Source: Euryarchaeota archaeon UBA182 (GTDB lineage: Archaea; Thermoplasmatota; Poseidoniia; Poseidoniales; Thalassarchaeaceae). From it: a stretch of 64,000 nt of DNA. A model generated the notes under the pieces. The model worked only from the letters and a program-made list of their open reading frames with translations, was not told where the DNA came from and searched no databases. Shown here in pieces: positions 9,423 to 20,200 of this stretch. The stretch covers positions 8,318 through 72,317 of the forward strand of contig DAGH01000021.1 of assembly GCA_002495675.1 (NCBI GenBank), in the 5' to 3' direction. The position numbers and the translations under genes are program-made. The stretch's first letter is position 1. Each line of letters opens with the position of its first letter.

Positions 9423-12400
9423 ATGAGCGACCGACCCGCGATGAAGAGCAAAGCATTGGTACTCATCCTGATACTCTCGACGATGGCCGCTCTGGTGGCA
9501 CCGGCTTCCACCGTATCTGCTCAGAATACTACTAGCTCAGGCTACATCGACTCAATCGAGACATGGTCTGGGACACATACTGTTAGTGGAGACATAATCA
9601 TATCACCGGGTGCCAAGCTAATTATCGAGCCCTCAACTCAAATCACCTTCTCAAATGGTACATCGTTGGAGGCACGTGGGAACCTATGCGTCGGCGCGGC
9701 ATCCTGCGGCGCCTCTCAAGATGCAACTTCTTCCAGTCGCATAACAATGACATGGCTCGAGCCGTCAAACGCCTCTGCAAAGGGCGATTGCAGGGGTATG
9801 ACCTTTGGAACATCCACGCTCAGCATAGACGACCCCTCTTGTGGCGAAGGTATCGTCATCCGCAGTACAATAGACCTCTCAGAGACTGCTCTACGTCAAC
9901 TGGATATAGACTCAGCATGGGGCGTGCCGTTTCCAGTCCCGACTGTGAATCAATTTCGATATGGTGCTTTGGTATTGCAAGGAGCATCCCCCGAATTAGT
10001 CGAATTGGAGTTCACTGATACGAACACATCCAGCGTACTTGCGACAGAATTGGCCCAACCTAGGTTCGTCGGGGGTCTTTACACCGTTGGAAATGACCAG
10101 CAGAGCGGCGTGACAGGAAACGCTGTACAGATATATGGAGGAGGTACAGGGAGTATCCCTATCCTCTTTGAGAATTCAGATTTTGTTTCAACCGAAAGGG
10201 GATGTCGAAATCAGGACAACGGTCGATCCGCTGTATGGGTCGAGGAGTCATTTGCAGAGTTCGTCAACATTAATGTCATCAGTGGGGATTTTGGATTGAG
10301 TTACAGATCCTCTGCTGGAAAAGTTTCCAACTCATCATTGAGTGTAAATTGCAATGGTGTGGACATCAACGGCATGATTACGGTGGGGGCCAAAGAATAT
10401 CCAACCAATATTTCAAACAATATCATCTCCACTGTTGAAGGAACCCCGATAACCGCTTACGCAGGGTCACTGGCTGAGATCCATAACAACGACTTGAGCG
10501 GAGCATCGGGAGGATCTGGCATCGCCGTTCAATCAAGCCGAGCGATAATCCACGGCAATAACATAGGCCCCATAGGTGGTTGGAACGGACTGTGGCTCAT
10601 CGGTTCCTTCGATGTCGATGCCCAGAATAATACGATCAGTGACATAGCTAGGGAGCCCGTGATCGCAGGAGATTACTGGGCTGGAGACAACCCTGACGTC
10701 AGGAGGCTTTACTTCGCAAACAACCAGGTTTCAACCCCCGGTACTGGCAGCTGCCAAAGCAACACACATTGGGGCGGGGAGTTTACTTGCCCAGTAGTCA
10801 TGGTTCACAGGGCTGGGGCAACACTGGTGGACAACGTTTTCACAGCAGGAGGCACGGCGGATGGTATCAGGGCAACTGGGGCCCTTCTGAATGTCCAAAG
10901 GAATACTTGGAACCTGAACGCAGCTGGAGCCGTAATACAAAATTTTGACACTGGGGCTGCTGGAGCCCAACAATATGGATCATTAGCCTTCTTCACCGAT
11001 AATCAGTGGAATGGAGTCACGAGCACCTACGATGTGACGAAATCCTCGGTCACAGTACAATCTGAAACTATCCCGAATGCGGCGGATGGTGAAGTACCAG
11101 TTAGACTTGCTTGGGATGACCAAGAGGCATGGCCAGGGGTAGTCGACAATGACAATGACGGAATCCCCGATGGTGATTGGGACACAAATATCGTGCCACA
11201 TCAGACGAAAAGCTGCGCTATATGCCCAGACTACACCCCTCGCGATTTTCCCCTGGCATTGAACATGGACAACAATTCCACAGTCTTCACATTCTCGAAC
11301 GTATTGAATCTGAATCTATCGAAAATCCAAATAGCGACGCAGCCGACGTTTTACTCCGTTCAAGTTAAGCGGGCCGAAATGGTAAGGTTCCAAGCGATAG
11401 CCAAAGGTTCAGCGGTTCCAGGTGCGAATATCCTGATCGAAGACGGCGTCGGTAACGATCTTTACTCCCTCGAGACTCTCGACGATGGCCGCACACCATG
11501 GATCGCGCTTCCATCAAATTCACACTTAGACTTCAGGGGGCTTCAGGGTGGTGACAATCCAGATGGCTTCGCAGATGACGAGTACGAGGACTCTTGCTCA
11601 GATGGGGTAGACAACGACGGCGATCTACTTTATGATACGCAAGATGACTCATGTGACTATTCAATTGGCTCCCGAGAAATGTCGAAATATTTCGTCACTG
11701 GGTACAAATTTGGTTCAGGATACTATCATTATGACTTCCTGCTTCAGGAGTCAACATACGAGGGTACGGTGGTCCTGGAGAACGACGCACCCTCAATTGG
11801 CGTCGATGAGTCAAGCGATACCTCATTCAAGAGAACTGTCACAATCACAGGTTCAGCATGGGATGGGGAATGGATAGGAGTCTACCCGTCCGCAGAGGAG
11901 TCCATGTGGGCTCAGAAGGGATACGTTCACAGAGTTGAGGTCAAGGACCCATTCACTGGCTCTTGGGATGACGCTGGAGTAGCTACCGATACCTCTGGAA
12001 TGGCTGCTGGAGAAGTCACGGGGACAAATCATCCATTCAGAACATGGGAGTACTCTTTGGACATGTCCTCATACCCTGAGGATGACTACGTCTTCGAGAT
12101 ACGATCATTCGACGGACTCGACTACAGTGAAATCATTACCAAGACAGTCAAACTCAACACACAACCCCCATTGGTCTCCATTTCAGAACCAGCAGATTCG
12201 ACCACCCACAGGAATGATGACAAGAAAATAATATTCTCTGGGACAGCAAACGATGACTATGGATGCCCAACTAATTGCGGCGCTGACATACAGGACGTAT
12301 TTTTCGTTATCGAGGGATCGGAATATTACAGCGATACGCCTGCTGACGCCACTTGGTCCGGGGATACTTGGACCTATGAGTGGAGCTACGCTGCACTTCC

Positions 12401-13670
12401 TAGAATCTCGGACGATTACACTTTCACCATATGGGCTTCTGACTCAGATTTCTGCGTAGGAGTCGTGGGAGAGTGTAATCCTGTAACTTTAACGCTGACA
12501 ATTGACAACGAGAACCGAAACCCACTGATACAGTTGTCCCAGCCCGTAGATGGAACGTACGTAGAGGCATCAGAGAACACAGTGATATCGGGAGTGGCTC
12601 AGGATCCCGATGGCTTAGTGAATAGAATAGACATCGAGATTCGAGACCCAATTGATAGTATCGTCATCGACACAATCACCCTCACAGGCTCAGAAATCGA
12701 TGGTAATTACTGGTCCACCCAATGGGACTCTGGGAACTTACAACATGATCGACCATACACTATCTTCGCTCGTAGCTTTGATGGCATAGGGTACTCACAA
12801 TGGGACCAAATAGAGTTCATTGCGGACAACCCGCCAAACAAAGACAACAATCGGCCAGTATTCGACAACACAGATTGGAAACAGGAGTTTACCCTATATT
12901 GCGATGCTGAGAACCTGGACCTCCTGGATCGGTGTACATTCGCCACAATCAACCTCAATGACCATTTTTCAGACCCCGATGTTGACCAGGACATTATCCT
13001 TGCAGTTGTCGATGACCAACATGCCATCGGCATTAGGATAGACTCCTCAGGAATCGCTACCTATGATCCTGATGTGATGGCCTTCTACACTACGGATATG
13101 TCAGAGTGGACCATGGAGAATGTTGTGTTTATCGCACAAGACGTCTTTGGTTCAAAGGTCCAGTCCGACCCGGTAGACTTCATCGTAATCCCAACAGTAT
13201 TTTCTGTCAATGCCCCGGACCAAACATCTCTTGGATCGGGTGATAAAGGAATATTATTCGACGGAACTGGCATTCCGGGTAGGGCCGTCACTGCGTACAT
13301 CGATTCCAATCCCGCTAATTCGACGGTAGTCAAAGATGACAGCACATGGGAACTCCTCATACCATCCAATAGGATAATCGGAGCCGTGACTCCCCAATTT
13401 ACGATGGGCGTAGGCACGCCAATCGATGGCTCGACGATATCAGATGGTTCAGGTGATGGTGATGGGCTCCCGCTGGGATTGATTGGAGGACTAGTCTTGT
13501 TGATTGCAATTCTAGTTGCCACTGGCGCGAGATTTATCGAGTTTGGTGAAGAAGAGGGGATCCAGGATGACGATCAGACTGAAGGTCAGAGGTATGTCAA
13601 AGACCCAGACAACCCGGGATGGCTGTGGGATGTAGAGGCTGGAGAATGGGTCATTGAGGGCAAAAATTGA
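9423..13670 (+). CDS. Secreted parallel beta-helix + Ig-like (Big) surface protein with C-terminal TM
   Basis: Signal peptide MKSKALVLIL. Asn-ladder repeats (ISNNII, IHNNDL, IHGNNI, AQNNTI), DG(V)DNDGD motifs, repeated 'P.I.I..P.D....I.G.A.D' Ig domains, TM and acidic tail. Start chosen from the TTATAT element at -29. Confidence 0.82.
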   Translation: MSDRPAMKSKALVLILILSTMAALVAPASTVSAQNTTSSGYIDSIETWSGTHTVSGDIIISPGAKLIIEPSTQITFSNGTSLEARGNLCVGAASCGASQDATSSSRITMTWLEPSNASAKGDCRGMTFGTSTLSIDDPSCGEGIVIRSTIDLSETALRQLDIDSAWGVPFPVPTVNQFRYGALVLQGASPELVELEFTDTNTSSVLATELAQPRFVGGLYTVGNDQQSGVTGNAVQIYGGGTGSIPILFENSDFVSTERGCRNQDNGRSAVWVEESFAEFVNINVISGDFGLSYRSSAGKVSNSSLSVNCNGVDINGMITVGAKEYPTNISNNIISTVEGTPITAYAGSLAEIHNNDLSGASGGSGIAVQSSRAIIHGNNIGPIGGWNGLWLIGSFDVDAQNNTISDIAREPVIAGDYWAGDNPDVRRLYFANNQVSTPGTGSCQSNTHWGGEFTCPVVMVHRAGATLVDNVFTAGGTADGIRATGALLNVQRNTWNLNAAGAVIQNFDTGAAGAQQYGSLAFFTDNQWNGVTSTYDVTKSSVTVQSETIPNAADGEVPVRLAWDDQEAWPGVVDNDNDGIPDGDWDTNIVPHQTKSCAICPDYTPRDFPLALNMDNNSTVFTFSNVLNLNLSKIQIATQPTFYSVQVKRAEMVRFQAIAKGSAVPGANILIEDGVGNDLYSLETLDDGRTPWIALPSNSHLDFRGLQGGDNPDGFADDEYEDSCSDGVDNDGDLLYDTQDDSCDYSIGSREMSKYFVTGYKFGSGYYHYDFLLQESTYEGTVVLENDAPSIGVDESSDTSFKRTVTITGSAWDGEWIGVYPSAEESMWAQKGYVHRVEVKDPFTGSWDDAGVATDTSGMAAGEVTGTNHPFRTWEYSLDMSSYPEDDYVFEIRSFDGLDYSEIITKTVKLNTQPPLVSISEPADSTTHRNDDKKIIFSGTANDDYGCPTNCGADIQDVFFVIEGSEYYSDTPADATWSGDTWTYEWSYAALPRISDDYTFTIWASDSDFCVGVVGECNPVTLTLTIDNENRNPLIQLSQPVDGTYVEASENTVISGVAQDPDGLVNRIDIEIRDPIDSIVIDTITLTGSEIDGNYWSTQWDSGNLQHDRPYTIFARSFDGIGYSQWDQIEFIADNPPNKDNNRPVFDNTDWKQEFTLYCDAENLDLLDRCTFATINLNDHFSDPDVDQDIILAVVDDQHAIGIRIDSSGIATYDPDVMAFYTTDMSEWTMENVVFIAQDVFGSKVQSDPVDFIVIPTVFSVNAPDQTSLGSGDKGILFDGTGIPGRAVTAYIDSNPANSTVVKDDSTWELLIPSNRIIGAVTPQFTMGVGTPIDGSTISDGSGDGDGLPLGLIGGLVLLIAILVATGARFIEFGEEEGIQDDDQTEGQRYVKDPDNPGWLWDVEAGEWVIEGKN

Positions 13671-13734
13671 GTATTCCCCGATTACGATCATCTGTAAACA
13701 ATCCTTTTCATTGAGAAGGACGTAGGGTAAGATC

Positions 13735-16260
13735 GTGTCTCGTCATAATACCGCCCGGCCTGGTGTGCAAATACGCATACTGCTCCATCTTAGGGACTAC
13801 GCTGATTTCCGGGATAGGGTCGAGGTACCCTTTGCATTATCTCAGATGGGTATAGCGAATGCGGTATCAATCGCTAGGTCAAACGTACCTAGGGCGATTG
13901 GCTCTTTGAAGGAATCCGGTTATGTAATCGAAAGACAGGCACATATCACAGGGGTCACAAGGAAAAGAAAGGCATACTTCTTGACCGACGAAGGGGTATC
14001 GCTTTCGGACGAAGTATGGGAATCAGTGTCGGAAAAATTAGTGAAAACTATCCAATCAGGAGGGGTTATTGAAGAACTTTCAATAGCGGATTTGGTTTCA
14101 AAATCGGAGATTGAGCTACGGCATGTTGACATTCTGAGGTATATGGATGATGATGCGACAATCGATCTAACAAGCCTGAACCCCGGACTCATTGAGAGGG
14201 ACTTGACCAAACACATTGAACGACAATTCGTCTCATCTCTGGCAGACATGCCTCGTGTCAGGCAATTTTATGGTAGGGACGAGGAGTTGGATCAAATTGC
14301 AACCCTCCTTGAGGAATCATCAACATCGGTGATTGTCCCAGGAATTGCTGGAATAGGCAAAACAGCCCTTGCAGTTAAGGTGATCGAACGGTTCACTCAC
14401 AGGAGGAATCTGCTGTTCCACAGATGCCAGGAGTGGGATGGATCACGCGCCTTTCTGGAGGCTATCGGGGAGTGGCAGGGCCTCCTGGGTCAAACAGAGT
14501 TGTCAGATTATCTCCAAGGCGCCCAAACCCCCAATCCCTCTATTTGCTCCAACTTAATCATAGAGGGGTTGAATAGGACACCTTCTCTGATAGTTGTCGA
14601 TGACGTTCATAAAATAAGCGATGAGGCACTAGCATCCATCCTAGTCTCTGTTTCTGAAAGGATAGATGAATGTAAGGAATCAGGAATAGTCCTCTTCACG
14701 AGATCATTCAGGAGGATGATTCCAGAGTTCGACACTAGGGGCAGAAGGGTCTCCACCTATCTGAGGCTCGATGGCCTGGATCGCGATGCAAGCAGGCAAC
14801 TCCTTAGTTCCATGCCCGCCATACAAGACCCCGACTTCTCTCACATTTACGCCTTATCTAGAGGGCACCCACTAGTACTGGAACTGATCAACAGAGGAAA
14901 TCTGGCTCATTCGGTACACACAACTCTTGAGGCATTCATAGAGAAGGAGATATTCAGCAGGCTCACCTCAGACGAAAAGAACATTCTGGGCGCAATCTCT
15001 GTGTTCAGAGAGCCCATCCCTGTGGAGGCACTCCCCAAGAAGACAACCTCAGACTCCATTGAGAGCCTGATCAATAGAGGCTTAGCACGGAGGGCAAACC
15101 AAGATGAGTTAGATGTGCATGATTTGGTCAGGGAATTCTCATCTAGGTCGATGGATGAGCAAATACAACGAGACTTGCATAAACATGCTGCTGAATGGTA
15201 TGGAAAACAGTCAATGACAACCGGAGATCGAATAGAACACCTTCATCATCTGAATATGGCCAATGATCTCGATGCCCTTGCAGGAGTACTGAAAAGCCAT
15301 GGCCAGGATTTGGTGAAAGGCGGTCATACAGAACTGCTCGGAATTCTCAGGGCCATAGACGATGACGGACTTGACCCTGATACACAGTCAATGGTGCATG
15401 AGCTCTCCGGTGAAATTTTACTCATTCAAGGAATATGGGACGAGGCAGAAAAGGAGCTCGACTCCGCAGCATCCATTGCAAAGCGCATGAAGAATCCACG
15501 AAGAATGTCGAGAATCCTCTCAACGCAGGCCGATCTCGAGGTCAAGCGTGGCGCCCTAGACGATGCTCTTGAGACGCTGCGGCAAGCACTCGGCCTTCAA
15601 ATCAAGACAAATGACGCCAAGGGAGCTGCAGACTCATACATTAGCATGGGTGCAATATTCAGGCAAAGAAGGGACGATCGTAGGGCAAGAGAGGTTTATC
15701 AGAACGTTGAGGAAATGCTAGAGGTCGAAGATGCAGGAGTACTGATATCGGCACGGTTGAGACTAGCCGATGGCTTCCTCGAGATCGGGGAGTCTGAGAA
15801 AGCAAGGGAACATGCCATGAGCGTTCATGATTTGTCTCTGGAATTGAATGAGCACCAACTACACGCACGATCGAGGGTAATTCTTGGAAGATATTATGCG
15901 AAGACCAAAGACTCGGAGCTTTCCTTACTACACTATAACGCGGCACTTGAGACGTTCTCAGAAGAAGCCAATCCGACCAATGCTGTTGAGACAGAGATGC
16001 TGCTGGGTCAGGTTCTGGTTGATGTTGGCAGAACTTCTGAGGCTTCAGAACACTACTTGGATGCCCTCTCCATTGCCGAAGCGAACGACTTCAGGCTACT
16101 GCAAGCGGAAATTCTAGCTCGATTGGGGACAATCAGAGGTGACAGATCCGAGAGGGTCGCATACCTCCAAAGATCCCTGTCCGTATTCAAAGACCTAGGG
16201 GCCCATACAAGGATGAAGGAAATTCAAAATTCAGTGCATAGGGCATTAATGGGAAGGTAA
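13735..16260 (+). CDS. wHTH + STAND (NB-ARC/AAA-like) NTPase + TPR regulator
   Basis: N-terminal wHTH (SQMGIANAVSIARSNVPRAI), FYGRDEEL, Walker A GIAGIGKT, Walker B LIVVDDVH, GHPL motif, VHDLVREF (MHD-like), C-terminal TPRs. Confidence 0.87.
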   Translation: MSRHNTARPGVQIRILLHLRDYADFRDRVEVPFALSQMGIANAVSIARSNVPRAIGSLKESGYVIERQAHITGVTRKRKAYFLTDEGVSLSDEVWESVSEKLVKTIQSGGVIEELSIADLVSKSEIELRHVDILRYMDDDATIDLTSLNPGLIERDLTKHIERQFVSSLADMPRVRQFYGRDEELDQIATLLEESSTSVIVPGIAGIGKTALAVKVIERFTHRRNLLFHRCQEWDGSRAFLEAIGEWQGLLGQTELSDYLQGAQTPNPSICSNLIIEGLNRTPSLIVVDDVHKISDEALASILVSVSERIDECKESGIVLFTRSFRRMIPEFDTRGRRVSTYLRLDGLDRDASRQLLSSMPAIQDPDFSHIYALSRGHPLVLELINRGNLAHSVHTTLEAFIEKEIFSRLTSDEKNILGAISVFREPIPVEALPKKTTSDSIESLINRGLARRANQDELDVHDLVREFSSRSMDEQIQRDLHKHAAEWYGKQSMTTGDRIEHLHHLNMANDLDALAGVLKSHGQDLVKGGHTELLGILRAIDDDGLDPDTQSMVHELSGEILLIQGIWDEAEKELDSAASIAKRMKNPRRMSRILSTQADLEVKRGALDDALETLRQALGLQIKTNDAKGAADSYISMGAIFRQRRDDRRAREVYQNVEEMLEVEDAGVLISARLRLADGFLEIGESEKAREHAMSVHDLSLELNEHQLHARSRVILGRYYAKTKDSELSLLHYNAALETFSEEANPTNAVETEMLLGQVLVDVGRTSEASEHYLDALSIAEANDFRLLQAEILARLGTIRGDRSERVAYLQRSLSVFKDLGAHTRMKEIQNSVHRALMGR

Positions 16261-17067
16261 TCAGTGATCTATCGAAATTCTCCTGCTGGCATTTTCTCCT
16301 ATTCTGTGTGTAAATTCAGGACCTATCTTCCCGGAGATTGATAGGTCACCATCGAAGGAATCGTGAATTTTCATCAAGGCTTCGCTTTCTGCTATGTGAG
16401 GGGCGTTGTTTTTCTCAGAAAGGTGGCAGAGCACAATAGATTTCGTTGATGCAGTGACTACATCTCGCAGGATGTTTGCGGTTTGGAGATTGGACAAGTG
16501 GCCACCACGCCCAGAAATCCTTCTTTTCAGTGAGTCGGGGTAAGGGCCGTTGAGAAGCCTATTATGATCATAATTTGCCTCTATGGAGATATGGGAACAT
16601 CCCATTAGATGCTTCTTCAACTCATCTGTGGCTTCACCCAAATCAGTGACGTAAGCAGCCCTTTCCCCTCCGGTGAAAATAATGAAAGCAACATTGTCTG
16701 CGTCATCGTGGGGCACTGGAATCGGCATGACGCTAACGTTATGATTGATCTCAATTCGATCTAGATCCGAAAAGGTTCGGACCTCCGACATAGGCTGCCA
16801 ACCCAACCTAATCGCGGTTTCCAAGTTAGAATGTAATCTTGCACCCCATTTTTTCGAAGATTTCAATGCGGATTTAGAGTGATCTGCATGATGATGAGTG
16901 ATGAGGATATGGTCAACCTGGCTCGGATTTATTCCTGCTAAAAAAAGCCTTTTTTCCATCTGCCTTGTTGATAGCCCGCAATCTATCAAAAATACCGTGT
17001 CCTCGTTTTTGTACACCACTGAATTGCCTGAGCTACCAGAGCCTAGGTGTGTAATCTCGAGGGGCAC
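16261..17067 (-). CDS. MBL-fold metallo-hydrolase (YycJ/WalJ-like)
   Basis: LGSGSSGNS, LIDCG, THHHADH, PHD, TDLG, EANYD, GHLSN, HLSEKNN. GTG start at 17067 is more plausible than 17226. Confidence 0.9.
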   Translation of the reverse strand: MPLEITHLGSGSSGNSVVYKNEDTVFLIDCGLSTRQMEKRLFLAGINPSQVDHILITHHHADHSKSALKSSKKWGARLHSNLETAIRLGWQPMSEVRTFSDLDRIEINHNVSVMPIPVPHDDADNVAFIIFTGGERAAYVTDLGEATDELKKHLMGCSHISIEANYDHNRLLNGPYPDSLKRRISGRGGHLSNLQTANILRDVVTASTKSIVLCHLSEKNNAPHIAESEALMKIHDSFDGDLSISGKIGPEFTHRIGENASRRISIDH

Positions 17068-17211
17068 AACACCAGCGTGCGTAAGTCGATCAATGAATGA
17101 ATCTGTCCTAGGATTGCGAGCATAGGCATTGCCAGAATTATGGCCGTCGTACGAACACCGCTCCATCATGGTGATATATGGTCTGAGAATCAACGGAGGG
17201 CGGGGACCCAC

Positions 17212-20200
17212 ATGAGGAGGAAACAAACAGCTGCTTTCCTCGCTATAATCATGCTTTCAAGCGTCCTCTTCCTTTCCCAGACTAGGCCACAGAGCCCTGT
17301 CGGAACCACTAACCCAGAAGAGGCAATCGGAGGAGCACCAATCGCCGTCGACACAGACGAGGATCTAATCCCAGATGTCCATGAGAGCGCCTTTTCTGAA
17401 CCTCTTCGTATTGCTACATTGGAGGGTGACTTCACTGTGACAGGGTTAGATCCACTGGACTCCACGGACAACCTCAGCGATTATGACAGAGATGGCGCAA
17501 GTGCCCTGCAGGAATTCTGCTGGCCATACAGCCTAGAGTCCTGTTTTACTACCAGATTATCCTTAACAGGAAAATCCCCTGAGGAAACAGAGAGCGGATT
17601 CAGGGAGTATCTGGATCCAAGGCGGTCAGACACTGATGGGGATGGCCTTCCAGATGGCTTTGAGATCAGCATGTGCACAGATGGAGGAGCCGGATACATT
17701 GATCAGGCATCTACCGCTTGGGTGTGCCTCCACTTTGACCCACTGGACCCCCGGGATGCAATCGAGGATCCAGATCAATGCCTGGGCCTACTTGAATGGG
17801 GCTGCGGAGATGGATATGATTTCGACAGAGACGGAATACTAGAACCCGGGGAGCGTTTCACGAGCTCGGAAGAATACAGGTATGCTCAGCCTGATGGTTG
17901 GATCGATGAGAGAGACGGACTCTGGTGCCAGGGTCCTATACCAGGGATAACCGAAGGAGCATGCCAATCTATGATGGAGTCAGAAACTGGATTGCCCGGT
18001 TGGCTGGGTAGCGACCCAAGGTACCCAGATTCCGACACATTCGCCATCGTTGACGGAGTTCCTACGCCACTAGCAGTGAGTGGCGATGGAATAACTGATG
18101 GCTGGGAACATCACTACGGCCTAGATCCCAGGAATGCATCAGATGCGATCCTTGACTCTGATCAGGATGGGTGGGATTCAAACAGAGACGGAATCGTAGC
18201 CCCTGACAACTCAATCGCCACGTCGATGTGGGGCGAGGCACTTAGTAACTATGAGGAGTTCAAGATATCACAAGACGATGGATACTCAGTTCGGCCCGGT
18301 TTGTATCTCAGCTCGGTGGAGCGACCGCTGGATGCAGATTTTTTGACCGAGACGTCACAACCGAGAATTTCGGACTCGGCGATAGTCGGCACCCACGTAT
18401 CGGAAAACCAAGGAATTGTCGTAATCGCCTCTAAAAACGGAGTGACAATCCTAGATCCATTATCCTACACGACCCAAATCTTCGACCAACCTGTGCCTGG
18501 AACAATATCTGATTCCTTGCTAATATCTCTGGCGGACAACTCTGTCGCCCTCGTACTAACATCTAATCTCGGTATCGGAGCATTTCAACTCACGCAAGAA
18601 GGTCTTAACCTCGACTCGTCCATCTTCCTTCAATCAGACCCAATATTGTCCGCTAACCCATTGTCAACATCAATGGGGCCAGGGGCCCTCCTCATTTTCG
18701 GAAAAGATGGGAATGTGCACACAACAAGGGTCAATGTTGACCAAGGGGCTATTTCAATCGAGAATCCCACAACCGTGGAGGTGCTTGAACAGACTCTCAG
18801 ATCTAGAAACGCTACGGGGTCCATTTCTCTACATGTCGACAGACCGGGCGACACACCCCTTCTTTTGGTCGGTACGGACGCAGGGTTGATCCGCTGGACG
18901 ACCAATGATCTCTCAGATACCTTCGGATCACCTATCTGGGTATACACCAGGGACAATGCAGAGACCTTTGTTGGAATTGCAGACTTACTTAATTCATCTA
19001 AATCGGCTGTTGTGAACCTGCTTGAGCCTGCGGGCATACTTACCAGCAATGGGCAGATTGGGCAGGTGACAGGTGTGTGGCTAGGAACTCCCTCGGGCAT
19101 TCATTTCATCGATCTTGAGGATCTAATATTTGACCCACTTTTCGCCATATCAAACGACAGAATGTTCAATCCTGAAGCATGGTTGTCCGGTGGGAATGAC
19201 GTACTATCTATCGAACAAATCCCGGGCATGCTCCTCGTTGGCTCAAGGGATGGTTTGTGGGCATTAGAAGGCGATGGTAGTGGAATATTGGGCATGATCG
19301 AACCCCCCGTCACTATGCAAGGTCCAATTTCGGATGTTGTCTCCTGGATTTCCGATGGCGAACAGTGGATAGCCTCTGGGGTTGAATCTGGACAATACAT
19401 GAATATCCACCCAATTGATCCGACATCTCCTGACTCTGATTACGACGGCATGCCCGATGGATGGGAGTTCTATCATGGCCTTGATCCAACGGACCCATTC
19501 GATGCACCGCGCGACGAGGATACCGATGGATTCGATGTTGATGGGCCATTCGGATTTGAAGCTCCGTGGACAAACTTAGACGAATTTCGCTACATCTCCA
19601 TATCCGAAAACGGATCGAATGGAACTGACCCTCGATTAGTAGACTCTGATGGAGATGGCCTATCCGATGGGGAGGAGTATTGGGGATGGTTTTACGACTC
19701 TACTTTATTTCAGTGCCACTATCTGTCAACCGGTGGACCTGGTACACCACAACAGATATGCGATGAATCGGACGGCATTCTCGCCAGGCAGGTCCATTTG
19801 GCAGGTTGGCTTAATTCCGGATCAGGAGGCGGGACAGACGTTCCAACAGACCCAACGAACCCAGATACTGACGGGGATGGGATGCCAGATGGATGGGAGG
19901 TCAAAAACAGACGCTGGATAGGTGTTGACTATACGGGAGGAAATCTTTGGACGCTAGACCCCCTTGACCCATCAGATGCAAACAAAGATGCAGATGGTGA
20001 TGGCCTAACTAATGCGTGTGAGTATCGTTGGTCGGTTTTGTTGGAGACCGTCAGGGAGAATGGCCTGACAACACACGGAGAGTCGGCCCAAAGCGCTGCA
20101 TCGTGGGTCGCGACTGATCCAAACCTCATTGACTCCGACGGCGACTCCTTGCCTGATGGTTGGGAAGCTCGCTACGCATGCTCATGGAATCTAAACAATA

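Noticed and set aside
8141..17067. Avs1-like defence system (protease + STAND + MBL)
   Set aside because: The MBL gene is convergent and YycJ-like, the protease is a separate membrane-anchored subtilase, the STAND effector is a wHTH, and there are no island signatures.
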